Shown piece after piece: positions 14,156 through 27,800 of a stretch of 64,000 bases of DNA (position 1 is the stretch's first letter; every line of letters starts with the position of its first letter). Source of the DNA: Antedon mediterranea (lineage: Eukaryota; Animalia; Echinodermata); NCBI RefSeq assembly GCF_964355755.1, contig NC_092677.1, positions 4,486,101 to 4,550,100 of the forward strand. The letters are read 5' to 3'. Under the pieces are notes generated by a model. The model ran no database searches. It was not told where the DNA came from and worked only from the letters and a program-made list of their open reading frames with translations. A program made the position numbers and the translations under genes.

Positions 14156-14464
14156 CGCTCTGAGATTTGGTGTGTGATGATTCAGTTTGATAATTAGCTG
14201 TGAAAAAAAATTGAATTATGAAGAAAATATTGTAAAATATAACAAGGAAGTTATACTATAGTATAATTAAGGGGTAACCGTAAAATATATTATAATAATA
14301 AATGCAATGGGAATTACTATTACTACTAATATTATGTATACAATATTACAGTTAAATTCATAGGTCGATATTATTTTATTATTATAAGGAAATCTGTTTT
14401 AGAATGAGAAAAAACCGTCCCAACCTAGATTTGAACCCAGCTATCAATAAAGCTATAAAGCTAT

Positions 14465-15030
14465 TGGTACGAGTTGACCAATTATTTGGGTACGAGTTAG
14501 CCAAGTTTGGTACGAGTTGACATGGGTACGTTACGGGTTGACCAGCACCCTAGAATACGGATAAAGATCAACCCGTACTCCCATGCCGACTCGTTCCCAT
14601 CCCATGGTAGAATACTACTTACATGTTAGTTTAGCCTAGCTGGGCTAACCTACCTCACCTCTCACATGCCCTCCTGAAAAAACGCGACCGAAATTACTGG
14701 AACCCTACCCTAGCCTACTAGATCTAGATAGTAGTGATCCGTAGTACCATGGAACTATAATAAATGGTAGACGTACTAGTACTGTGTAGTATATGTTAAC
14801 ATGTCTTGCTCTACGAGGCCTTTTTATGCTCATAGGATGGCTTTTTTGGGCGTCCCAATGTAGGCCTATGCCTAAAGCTAGGACAGATTTCCCATTCCAG
14901 CAGGCCTGTAGCCTATGCTCTAGTAGGGCGGCCGGGTGTACTCTGGTCGATTCACCCCTGGTTGACTCGTACCCATGCCAACTCGTACTTAACTTCCTAC
15001 CCTAAACTCGTATCCAACCAAATAATTGGT
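14465..15030. repeat. Two oppositely oriented GGTACGAGTTGAC-subrepeat blocks (degraded MITE termini)
   Basis: GGTACGAGTT repeats 14466-14549 ending CAGCACCC; inverse AACTCGTACC-type repeats 14935-15030 starting GGGTGTAC. Confidence 0.5.
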
Positions 15031-15740
15031 TGATTTCCTGCTAGACCAGTAGGCCTAGCCTAGCTACAATATTCATTATGCTCGCTAAAAAGGTAGATGA
15101 GCTACTAGACTAATTACGTAATTCGTATAATAATAACAATAATTGACTAGGCCTAGTCTAGAAGGCCTAAAAGCGGCGGAAACACCTATCCATTCTTGTA
15201 TGGCAGTACGAAAACCTGCCTATGATTGTGGGTGTCACGAAACCTAAGACCACGAAAGCTAAGACCCCCTAAGACCTAAGATCACGAAAGCTAAGACCCA
15301 AGACCTAAGATTACAAATATTTAACACACACTGTGCTACAGACAGTGTACCGTGTGTTAAAAGTACAGCATTTATAGCAGACAGCAACGTGTATAACGTG
15401 CTATAGTTTTACAGATAGCACCTGTGGACAGTAGCAGAATCGGGTGCAAAGTTAAACATATATACATTGTGATGTCAGTCAATAGGCCTACTCTTCTGAA
15501 GTCAGGAACAAAACAACGACAATCAGCTAAATTCATTCGTACTTTATTTACGTATTTACTTGTTACAATTGCACAAAGTAGACCAGACTCGACGCTGTAT
15601 TCACAGTGAACGACGGATCCAGATCGTTAAATAGAGCAAGTAGGCCTATATACATGACTGAAATTATAAGCAATGCTGTAGGACCTACATACATTTTTTA
15701 CTCTTATACTATTGGTATTACGATGACTGCTATCTTTCAG

Positions 15741-18267
15741 GTTTTGCTAGGACTAAGCAGTTCCGTGACGACTTTAGTTGGTCAATACTTTGGAAAATAG
15801 GATGTAAAAAATGCGAAAGTTATTGTGAAGTCAGCGGTTATTTTTCTATGTAAGTCAAAAAAAGAAAGGGAATTCCTGCTCAGTCTATCGAGGTAATCCT
15901 CATCATACAAGTTTAGGGTACTAACAACATTATAATCCTCGGTGACCTAATGAATACAATTCAGGCCTTTGTGTCGTAACAAGAATGCATATTAGTATGT
16001 CCTTTGTAGCTTATTATCAACTGTTAAGATTATTGAAATTCTTGGTCGAAACTAGAATAAAATGAATTCTATGCTTATGTACCACTGACCGTCAAAGAAC
16101 ACTATCACATGAAACGAATGAGGGACCGGCGCAAATGTATCAACACTTCCTATTCAGAAGAAACGTTTGGGTGTGGTCAAGCACTTAATATTATGTGTTC
16201 TATTGTTAACTGATATTATATGTTTCTGTATTATATTGGGGCTTTCGTTTGTAGCTGCTGTTACACTCTTCTTGTCACGAGATTATGTTGGATATATTTA
16301 CACCTATGATAGGTATGTATGCAAATTAATAAAATACACCTGTTCCACGTCACGTGCGATTTTCGATATAGGTATTATTATAGAATTATTGGCCTCTGAA
16401 AGAAATTAAGGTATTTATGACGTTATCGTATTCTAAAGTTGCTCAACTTCACAATGAATTTGGTTGTTTGTTAAGTTGATTTAAAGAAATTTAAAGTACT
16501 GCTCGTTATGACATTTTCCTCTTTATTTAATGTCTACATAGTACATTGCTGTATACTTTCAGAATGGTTAGAGCATAGTGCATGATATAGTGTCTACTTA
16601 AATTCTACACTTTACCCATTTTTTATTCTGTATAATCATTTTCATGTTTTTCATTTTAAAAATTGTGTTTTACTTTCTAACTTTAAACCTTTATATACAA
16701 ACAAATAACTTTAACTTAAATAATTATTATTTATTGATTTATGATTATGTGAACTACCAATGTTACTTTATGTATCTCGGGTCCAAATCAAATTATCCCT
16801 GTTATTATTTATTCTTTAAGAATAAAAACAATAATTCCGCTAAATGTTATTGTTTATTTATAGAGAAATAATAACGGCATTTGCAAAGATAATACCCTTG
16901 ACTATCATAATGATTTTCTCTGCAACAATCGAAGTAAGTTTTCTTGTTTTTCCTGGCAGTGACATGAATAATTTGTTGTATTATTTTCTTATTTTTATAA
17001 TTCTAAATTAATATAAAGGTTGCGGTACACCACGTATATTAGTTCTGAAAAGAATGTTGCCCAAACGCCATGTTTTTAGATAGGCCTACGTTTGTCCTAT
17101 ATCAGCTCAACTTTATGTATGACACGCCATGTGTACCAAAATGTTTTTATTTTCGTCAATATTAAGCCGAATCGCCGTACAAAATCTAGACTACAAGTTT
17201 TATTACAATACGCCATTTTAACATACATGCATAATGAATTGTTTCTATTACTATCAGGCGATTGTCAAAGCAATATTACAAGCTATTGGTAGACAGAATA
17301 TTGGAACTGTTACCAGCTTGATTTCCTATTCATGTGCACTCCCACTGTCTTTTTTGTGTTTTGTTTGCATTTAAATTAGATTGGAAAGCAACAGGTACGT
17401 ACGTTTATTATCCTATTTCCCCCCCCCCCCTTTTTTTTCGTTTTTTTTTTCTGTTTTCTTTTTTATTTCTTTCTTTATTTTTCTATAATTGTTGTCACCA
17501 TCAGTAACTCAACATCATCATAATTATCTTCTTATCATCATCAATATAATTTATCTATATATATCACCATCGTCATCATCATTCTCACCCTTTCTTCTAA
17601 ATACCATTTATTCTTATTATTAAATTCACTTAAGAATATATATATATTTTGCAGGTCTTTGTGCTGGTATTATATTTGGTACTGTTCTAGAGGCATGCAT
17701 TCTTCTTGTGGTTTTATTTAACATAGATTTAAAAAAGAAAGCGGACTTGGTGAGTTTTGAGAATTTTATCGTCACTCCTCAATCCTGAAAACCCTGAGAA
17801 AATAAGGTAGATTTAGATTGAAATAAAAAAAACTTATTGCTTTAACTTGACGATGCAAGATACAATATTTGTTAAGTCAAAGTATCAGCTGTAGGCTTTT
17901 CCAAACCAGGACATATTGATGAATAGTTCGCTAGGTGTAGTGGCCAAACTTGTGGAAAGTATACCACCATTTAGGCATAGGCTACTTTTTAAATTCTTAG
18001 TAAGACCTATGTTGTTTTTCTTTTCTTTTAACATATTATGTGTCCTTATTTAAGGCTATCGAGAGATGTCGTGAAGAAGACTTAAGAACACATAATAGCG
18101 TTCAATCAAATGGAAAGTTACAACATGAGGGGAAAGAAGAGTCAAGTTCACTTATTGCGAACACCAAGTACATATTGAGCAAGACAACAATTATTATTAG
18201 AATATTAAACTTTGCAATTCCAATTTTACTCTTTTTAGCAAGTTTTTTTATGTATTTACTTTATTAA
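15741..18267 (+). pseudogene. SLC47A: MATE/SLC47 pseudogene Y1 (exons 10-15; duplicate of 37909-40410)
   Basis: Exons 15741-15849, ~16237-16312, 16864-16933, 17258-17394, 17655-17749, 18055-18267. Nonsense TAG at 15798-15800 (AAG in Y2), exon 11 acceptor AG lost, 7-nt frameshift insertion in exon 13, exons 1-9 absent. Confidence 0.88.
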
Positions 18268-18443
18268 AAAATTAAACAAAAAACCTATTAAAATGAATTA
18301 TGTTAAATATATATATACATTTTGCAAAGCACGCTCGTTGAGCTTATGCACTCTTTGTGTTCGTAATCAGTGTACCATGTCCCGCATACCTGGGCATGGC
18401 TCAGCCTATATATTGTGCCAGTTCTGTGAGAATGAGAAAAAGT

Positions 18444-18515
18444 CGCCCCAACCGAGACTCGAACTCGGACCGCCTGCTTGATATGCAGATGTCCTAACCA
18501 TTAGACCACTGGGGC
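18444..18515 (-). tRNA. tRNA-like cloverleaf with anticodon ATC (Asp-like), probably part of a repeat
   Basis: GCCCCAG TG GTCT AATGGTT AGGAC A TCTGC ATATCAA GCAGG CGGT CCGAG TTCGAGT CTCGG TTGGGGC G: all stems largely pair, A and B boxes present, discriminator G. A degraded fragment of the same context is at ~14400-14440. Confidence 0.6.
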
Positions 18516-18604
18516 TTTCATGGTATTGTTCGAACTCGATTGGATAACGACTCTTTAACATTCTCGGCGTGGTACGGCGGAACATATATATACGTTAAGT
18601 CTGG

Positions 18605-18622
18605 AAAAAAGCATCCACGCTA

Positions 18623-18681
<59 letters not shown>

Positions 18682-18698
18682 GCGTGGATGCTTTTTTT
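18605..18698. repeat. (TA)n microsatellite bracketed by a ~21 bp inverted repeat
   Basis: AAAAAAGCATCCACGCTAATT (TA)n AATTAGCGTGGATGCTTTTTT. Confidence 0.85.
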
Positions 18699-19005
18699 AA
18701 AATGGTTTAATACGCATTCAACAACAGCAAGGAACTTACGAATTACATGTCAAAAGTCATGAGTTACAACTCATGACCTTGGAGTTGACGATTATTTTTC
18801 TAGCTTGACAAAGAATTAAGCTTCTTTGATTTTACGCGGATAATTTTAGTAACAGAAATAAATTTAATTGTAAAGCAATTCTCAGGCAAATAGAAGAGGA
18901 ACCATAAAGGATTTAAGAATATTACTTATGTATATATATTTTAAACTACTGTTGCTGTACATTCATGTAAAACACAAATTCTTTTTTTTTCTAATACTGT
19001 TATAA

Positions 19006-21504
19006 TTACTATAATTATAAAAAAAAAAACTACACTGTACATATTTCTCCTTTCTTGTTTGTAAATAATTTTCTTGTCCATTTTTTGGTCTTTCCTCCTC
19101 TTTATCTTTTTTACTGTTAAACTTATTATTATCATTAGAAATAAAATGATCACCTGTTGTTATTGTATGATATTCTTCTTCTTTATTTCTTTTTGTACAG
19201 ATTGTGTGTCACAAATATCTCCAAAAGTTTAATGTCAATGATTATCAAAATGTCTTTCAAATACTTTAACTTAGTTCTAATAAGCTTTTCATCGTGATCA
19301 CATTATCAATCATATCTCCATAATTCATTACATATAAAATTCACTACACGTAAACTTTAGGTAAGGTTAAAAATATTAGCAAATAAAAACTTGTGCGTTT
19401 CAAGTTCATGCGCGTGAAATCACGCGTTAAAAATTTAAAAATCTCAAAATTAAGTTTTGATCAATTTAGAGCATATAGCCTATAATATACTTAGTAAACT
19501 ACTATCTATATGATATAAAATATACACTGCTTGGTAATTCGATGCCTCCCCTCAATTAAAAGCTAACTCAAAACATGCGTAACAATATACAAATATTCCA
19601 CAGCGCTTGTTCTATTCACCTTTACTTCGCAACATTCTATAAAAGAACTTTTTGTTTAGTATAACTAACTATAACTATTACGGACCTGTCTTGATTCCTC
19701 CGCCAAGGAGGTAAATCGATCGCGTGTGTTTGTTTGTCTGTTTGTTTGTTAGCAGGATTACTCAAAAAGTAATTACCAGGTCTTTACCATGAATGAATTC
19801 TGGACCACTTGTCCAAAAAACTTCATTTTTGTACAAGAGGCAAGAGTTATAATTTGTGATTTGTAATTTTAAAACATAATTTGATTTAATGTGCACGTTT
19901 TTTGATGCGAGTATTTTACAAAACCTATTTCTTTTCAAATTCACTCGTTTGATTTTCGCGTTGCTGTTCTATTGTTAGTCAACTGAAGCTATTGTTAATT
20001 GAAAGGCTTGTTACATAACCATTACACCAAACTCGCATACACATGCTTCTATATATACATTTACGTAAGGGCAAACAAAATTCGGTAAATCGCGCTTTAC
20101 TTTTAGAATTTTTACTCGATGGTATATAAAGTTGGTTCGTACTTTCGGTACTGATTTTAACCACCTGATGTAACCCTGTTTACTAATTAATTTAAGTTAG
20201 ATAATTAGTTATTGACGATTAAAACGAATTTAGGTTCAACGATTTGCCCCAAATAGGGGTGTTTTCCGATCGTGGTATACACTGTCTAATGGATGTCCAT
20301 CTTGAAAAATACCCGCCACAAAATTGCGAGGAGGCTTCGCATTTTCCTATCTCCTCCTACGATAATTGTTTTTAATAGCTGAAAACCGGTTGAACAGCTC
20401 GAGTACAGTATCATAATGTTGAAGACAGGGCGATGTTCTTAAAAAAATACTATTTTGATAGATTTAATATACGTTTATGCAAATGTATTGATTTTAAATG
20501 ATTGGAACATTCCAATCTCTGTTCCACAATTGTCTATTCCCTCAGGCGTCGTATAGGCAAGTACTGTATACTCATAACAGAAATTCGATCCATTTTTAAA
20601 AAATCTGTGCTGCAGAGGTTGGATATAGATTTTTTTTAACGGATAATGAGCTAGCGTTTTCAGTCGCCGTATATTAGGTACAAATCTTTATTATTGCAGT
20701 TAAACCACCCACGTGACATCATCACCCTTCCCTCACTGCCATGAGTAGCGTTGTAAAGCCAGTAGAGGATAGGCCTGCGGTACATCACATGCCCTAAACG
20801 CAGAACTACTTTGGTGGGTAGGATAGGAACCAACTTAAGTATGAATTGGCTCTAAGAAACAATTGAAAACCATTAGTCCTACTAATTAAGTTGAGTTAGA
20901 TAATTTAATATTTATTGACGATTAAATCGAATTTATGATTTTCCCCGAATAGAGGTGGTTTTCACAAATTGTTTTACATTATATAAACATATACACGTCG
21001 TAGTGATGTATCGTTACATGTACTGTACTATTTCAATCGACTATGACGGTGATAGTTTCAACAAAGTATTAAATCGCAATGTTTTACTGTGTGTAGTGGT
21101 ATATTATTTGTAAAACATGAAAACAATTAATATTTCGTTACTAAATAGATAAAGAATATATTTAAAAATTGTTCCTCTTTGCACCCATCCTCTTCCCCAT
21201 CCCTCAACCCTAATGTTACATACAAAACACAAATTAAGTTTGTTTAAATTTGACTTAAACAATTGATCTCATTTTGTGACAAGTTTCTCTAAGACTTTCG
21301 GAAGTAATTCCCAGGGTGCTAATTTTAGTTGAGTACATAAATCACAGTGTCTTTTTATTCGTTCCTGTAAACGACATGTATTATTTTCCTGCGGTACGTA
21401 CATTTGAAATAGCCAGTTTTTTAACGCTGAAATTATTATGTATTCGAGAACCATCTGTGGGCACGACCTAGATGGTACGCGAGCGAAGCGAGCGTACCAT
21501 CTAG
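19006..21504 (+). mobile_element. Composite Helitron/Helentron-like element (B-family-like 5' part, D-family fragment, 3' hairpin + CTAG)
   Basis: AAATGATCACCT head remnant at ~19144 with body similar to 53013ff; CCTCCGCCAAGGAGGTA at ~19697; 3' TAGATGGTACGCGAGCGAAGCGAGCGTACCATCTAG ending 21504. Confidence 0.55.
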
Positions 21505-21899
21505 TTTAACATAATTTCTCTAATAAAAGTTTACTATTTAATATTGATTGTGTTGACCCCTATTTGACAGTTTTAAAGTTTTACAATAGGATTTGTGATA
21601 TTCATATGAAGTTTTCTTTTATGTTACTGTAAGCCTATACACTATTCTATTATGATGGGTTTCTCGCTCTGTTGAACAAAGAGAAATAATTTTTCTTACC
21701 ATAACAATGAAGAAGCTACACGGAGAAACCATGCATTGAAAGCTACAACGGCCAACATAGCGCTAAACATTGAGATTGAAAATAACTCAAAGTAATGTTT
21801 GTGTATTAAGGCAGTGTACCGTAGCATACCAGTGGATGTATTTTGTAAGAATCACTACTAACTGTATAATAGCATAAGACTAGAATCAGTTCTGTAATC

Positions 21900-24800
21900 A
21901 TGGCCGAAAAAGAGGACACGGATCGCTTGGAAACATTTACATTTTCAGCGTTTAGAAACGCAGTTAAAGATATTATCAACGTGGGGTGTATTTTGGTAAG
22001 TTACCGTGTACTTTTTGTTTGACTCTTGTCCTGATTTCTTGAGTTAAATTCGGTGACGTTTCTGGCATAGTGACATTTTAAATCTGCGAGTTGAGGAAGT
22101 GGTATATGACCGGTGGAACTTTCGACAAGTTGAGCCGCCGGCGGTGATTTCTATGAAACGCCCAGTGCGACATTTCGCGTAGTCTAGTGATTAAAGTAGT
22201 ACGTGTATGTATACATAAGTTCATCATGGTCTTTAGGTTTATTGTGTTATAAAAATCAATAATATATAATTACATATCTCTATTAAAATACTTTGTATAA
22301 CTGAAGAAGCTGTTAAATACAAAGAATAAATCAATCATGTGTGTTGTTTATTCATTAATTCCAGACATTTTCAATTTGCCTCGAGTACCTAATGTTGACA
22401 GTATCCGTGTTGTTCTGTAGTCGTTTCGGGCAAAATGAAATGGCCGCCGTAACGTTAGCGCAAGCGGTAAGAATTTTTTTCTCTCATTTTTAAAGTCTCC
22501 AATTCAGGGGACACCTCTATTAAGGGATATTCTGTGAAATAAACAAGAGGAATATTATGTATACCTGGGTGGAGAGAGGCAACGTAAGTAAAGTGTGTAT
22601 TGCTTTGGAGTACAAGAATGCGAGCGTTGGATTCGAACGATCATGAGCTGTAGTGTCCAACACACCGTGTTCTTTAACGTGTAATAATCACCCGATTCTG
22701 CAGCTGTCACTAGGTATAGGTCTTAACTGACCATTGAACGTCATCTAGATACGAGTCTAGATCAATAGCCAGATGAGATATACCAATTAGTGACAACTGA
22801 AGAAAATGAATGTGTCAAATCGTTGCAAGCAACTTGACTTGGCGAAAGCAGTAAACTTAGCATAGATCGTCTTTCAGATCTGACAGCCAATGAAGCGGGA
22901 CATGACGGGAGGCCAAATTGCTGTCCAGAATATGAATAGCAGCTACGCAACAATTAGTTGTATTGCAATTTGTTAAGCCATTTAATTATTAAGTTTTCTA
23001 AATTCAAATTGTTTATACCTTATATTATGTATTATTTTAAATTATAGTTGTTAAGCCTAGTTTGCTTCGTTCCTGCAGTCGGGTTAATGACAGTGTGTAA
23101 TACATACTTCTCTGTTGTAAGTATTAAAGCTTTGTTTTTTAACGGTTAATGTGGGCTTATTTTTAAAATCTTGATTCCCAATCACAAGCAACATTTCAGA
23201 TGTTCCATCGCGTCGTATTTTATCAAATAACTTTGCGTTGCGTCTTTAGAGTTATCTATAGAGGTGAAGTATCGCATTAGAAGAATGTAATATCAGGGGT
23301 ACCCCAGGGGTCAGCTCTTGGCTCTCTTTTGTTTATATTGTATGTGAGTTATCTTGAATATGGTATAGAATCTTAAATTTTTCAATTTGCAGATGACAAT
23401 ACCATTTCAAGACCTATCCATGAATTAGAAAACTGTATAAAGTTACAGAGTGATTTAAATAAGATTTATGAATGGTCCGATGATGTAAGATGTAGTAAAG
23501 CAATGTCTTGGATGGCAATGCTAAAACTTTAATAAGCACTAATATTACCTGTTATGACTTTATACTGTTGTTGTATGTGGGCACCTACTGAAATATCTCA
23601 TATGTATAGACTTGAAAGGGTACAGAGAAAGACCACTAGAATAATTATGTACAGAAAAGAAAGAAATTGGGACATTTCATATTTGTACAGGTTAAAGACC
23701 CTAAATATTTTTATAATAATGATGGAGTAAGAGCAGTTTTCTGTTTGGGCTCATGCCTATTACTTGCTCCTGGCAAGATAAAATGTAAAACGTACTCTTA
23801 AGAACTTTTGCCTAATAAATATTATTATTATTATCATAATTATTATTATTATCATAGTTCGCATTAAATCTATAAAAGCAGAAATAAAGAATGAGATAAA
23901 AAGAGCAAAATATTTATTTAAAGGAAAGCTTGAAAATTCCATGGAATCTGGAGATGCCAAGGCGGCCTGGAATTGTATGAATATTATGTCTGGTGTTAAA
24001 GCAAAAAAGAAGACGGACCTTTTGCTATACAGTGACGGTGATAAATTTGTTAATGACCTAAACAAGCACTTTGCGCGATTTGAGAATGCCAGTCCTACCA
24101 ATTGTACCAATCTGACTTCAAATATTATTACTAGCGAACAAGTTAAGATTCAGCCTTGGAAAATTGAAAAGTTGTTCAAAAAAGTGAAACGAAATAAAGC
24201 AAGTGGTCCTGATAACATTAGCGGCTGTATTCTGAGGACATGTGCCCATGAACTGTCTATTCCTTTTACCAAACTGTTTCAACTGTCGTTAGATAATCAT
24301 ATTGTACCATCGGTCTGGAAAGATGCATCTATTATTCCAGTACCCAAAATTCCAAACCCTAAGATTTTGAATGACTACCGCCCAATAGCCTTAACCTCGA
24401 TAGTGATGAAATGTTTTGAAAAATTTATGTGTAACTCAATTATTACTCCCTTATCCCATTTAATTGATCCCTATCAGTTTGCATACCAATCATGCAGATC
24501 TGTCGATGATGCGATACTAACTCTTACCCAACTGCTAAACCAGCATACAAATAACTTAAGTTGTTATGCGAGAGTTACCTTTGCTGACTTCTCCTCAGCA
24601 TTTAATACCCTTAATCCTGCCATCTTAATAGATAAGTTGATTAAGCTAGAGGTGAACCCATCCATAATTAAATGGATTGAAAGTTTCTTATGCAATCGAA
24701 CACAGAAGGTATCTCTTGGTAACTATAAGTCGAGTGTGATCAACACAAATATAGGATCACCCCAAGGATGTGTGTTAAGCCCCCTCCTATTTATTTTATA

Positions 24801-27800
24801 TACCAATGACTGTAAGTCAACTTCTAGTAGCATACATTATTTAAAATACGCGGATGACACCGCCATTGTTGGCCTATTAAAAAACAGAGCTAGTGAAACT
24901 GAATATCATGATGAAATCATTGCTTTTTCGAATTGGTGTAAGGCAAATTGCCTCTTACTAAACGAAAAGAAAACCAAAGAAGTAATAATTGATTTTCGAA
25001 AAAAATGTACTGCTCTGGCTCCCCTAAAAATTAATAATCAGGAAATTGAATCTGTTGAAAGCTACAAATACCTAGGTGTGACTGTTGATAACAAATTTAG
25101 CTGGGAGAAACACTGTAAAAATACTATAAAAAAAAGGAAATACACGACTGTTCTTTCTCAGAAAACTGAGAAATTATGGGGTAGATAGAACTGTATTAAA
25201 TTTATTTTACTCTTCGATTGTTGAGAGTGTGCTCACTTTCTGTTGTGTTGCCTGGTTCTGTGGATGTAGAACAGAAGAAAAAACCAGATTACAACGAATA
25301 TTAAATAAAGTAGGTAGGATCACAGGATCTAGACATAATTTCGATGACCTTTGCAACAAAATCATAAGAAATAAGGCTATGAAAATATGCGACGACTCAA
25401 ACCACCCTTTAAATAAACATTATGTTAAAATGAGATCAAAAAGACTAAATGTGCTGAGATCGTGCAATAGTAGGGTTATGCGATATTTTAATTCTTTTGT
25501 TCCGTATTCTATTAGACTGTTAAATTATTTTGCATAATTTTTGAAATTTTTGATGTATTGCAGCTTTTTATTTTTTATTTAGTCAATTGTAGTCTTATGT
25601 TCATACTTGTACATTGTTAAATATAATATAGTGTTTTTAAATATTGTAATTAATTTTTTTTATATGAAACGTTTTTATATATTTTTTGTACAATTTTGTG
25701 AAAAGCACTCAAAATATTTTCCTATGTGGACGAAATAAAGTTATCAAATTATCAAATTATTAAACAATTTTCAGAATATTTCTAATGCCGGTAAATATTA
25801 TTTTACAGGGTCACGGAGCAAACCTCGGACGATCACAAGGAATCTACATTCAAAAGATGGTGTATCTATCAATAATTGCGTCACTCATTTGTAGTGCGAT
25901 ACTTATACAAGTTGACTATTTTGTGCTTATTTTGAACAAAGAACCAGATGTAATTATGTAAGTTATAGCTTTTTAAATCAATATAGGTCTACTTTAATAA
26001 CTTTATTAATCATTTTAAATACGATTGTGATGGCGCTAGTCACACTCCGTTATGCATGAGTAATTAATGAATGACGTAATGCATAAATTGGCATATATAG
26101 GCTTATGAGTAAGCATTGTACAACGAAGTCTTGAAGAATGCGTTATGCTTATTGTAAGAAGCTAGACTAGATGTTGTAAATTAAGTACGAATGGCAATAC
26201 GGATTCAGCTGAACAGAATTACCTTACAGTTATAAAAATTTTAGTGATAATTTTCAATCACTTAAAATTGTATATTTGTCTTTGCTATTAGATTGGTGGA
26301 TATTTTCGTACGGACATTTATCCCAGGTACACTTGTAAGTGACGCTTGTTATAATAGTAATAATAATAATAATACAATATATTATTTGCATAATTAATGA
26401 GTTCACACGTGGACCTTTCGACTACATACTTCTCTCATAAAGATTGGTTCCAACTAGCGACGCAACGTAACGCAATCTACGCCACGTAGGAAAATGCCAT
26501 TCTAATAATTGTGTTTGCCCCCGCCTGCGTGAAATCAAACTTGCGATGTTTGCAGCACTATTGCGTCCACTTGTGATTACGCAATACAGCACTTTGCGTC
26601 AATACGTCGCTGCGTTGCGTTCTAGTAGGAACTACGTTTGAGAGTCACGCCATGTCAGTGCAGCGACAGTGACTGTGCCTAAACTAGAACAACGCGGTCA
26701 TTACCATGAAGCGAGTGAGTCTCGAATCCTTTATGAGATAACCCTTATTACGTCGGTACATTTGTAGGCATACAGTTCAGTTTAGTCTCCTAACCCTGAT
26801 AGGGTTTTGTTGAGGCACCACTGGTGACTTTTTGTCAATCCTCATCCATCGATCTCTGTCCCCTGTAGCTCTTTGTGAGTCAACAAAGGTCAAACCTGTC
26901 CATTCCTTGATGTTGTCTTCCCATTTTTTTCTCTGTCTGCCTCTTCTTTTCCCTTCTGGTACGGTACCCTGTAGGATGGTATTGGCCAGCCCACTATATC
27001 TCGACACGTGTCCGTACCACTCCAGCCTCCTACTTTTCACAATCGATAGCAGGTAGTCATACACTATGATAAGAAATAGAGTGGTTTTAATTTACTTCTA
27101 CGTGTTAATGTCTGGTGGGAAGAGCCACTTATTTCTATTCAATTTCATTGCTTAATACAAGATATAATGTATCTCGTTTATTTTATAAGAATTTAAGCGT
27201 AATACTTTTGTGTTGGTGTATGTTGATTGTAGGCTGCGTTTTTGACATTTGGTCTTAGTCGAACATTACAGTGCAGGAATAAAATGGCCGTCACGGCAGT
27301 AGCAGCTACCATCAGTTTAGGTTCTGATGTGTTACTTAATTATATGCTAGTGTATGTGCTGGACATGGGATTCAGGTAAGTGTACAGCAAAATTATAACA
27401 TTTACATTTTAGGCCTATTAATGTTTGTAGAATATATAGACGAAATGTACCACGAAATTAAGTTGACGCATGCGTACACTTTTATTATAGTGCAAATAAT
27501 AATAAACATTCTCTTGATATAGAGGATCGGCTATTGCTGTGGTTGTGGCACAATACATTAATTGTATCATATTAGCAGTATATGTATACAAGTACGAAGA
27601 TCTTGAGTGTAAGTCTATTATTTTCACTTAGCTAAATGGGGCGTGTAGTTTATCTAACTATTTTGAAGGTATTTGAAGTATAAGTATGGCACGCCATGTT
27701 TGTCAACATTATTTTCTTCTTACGAATCACTAAGATTTATCATCTCTTGTTCGTAATTTCAACTATTAAAAAAAATTGTATCAACAGTTTTTTCTCTCAA

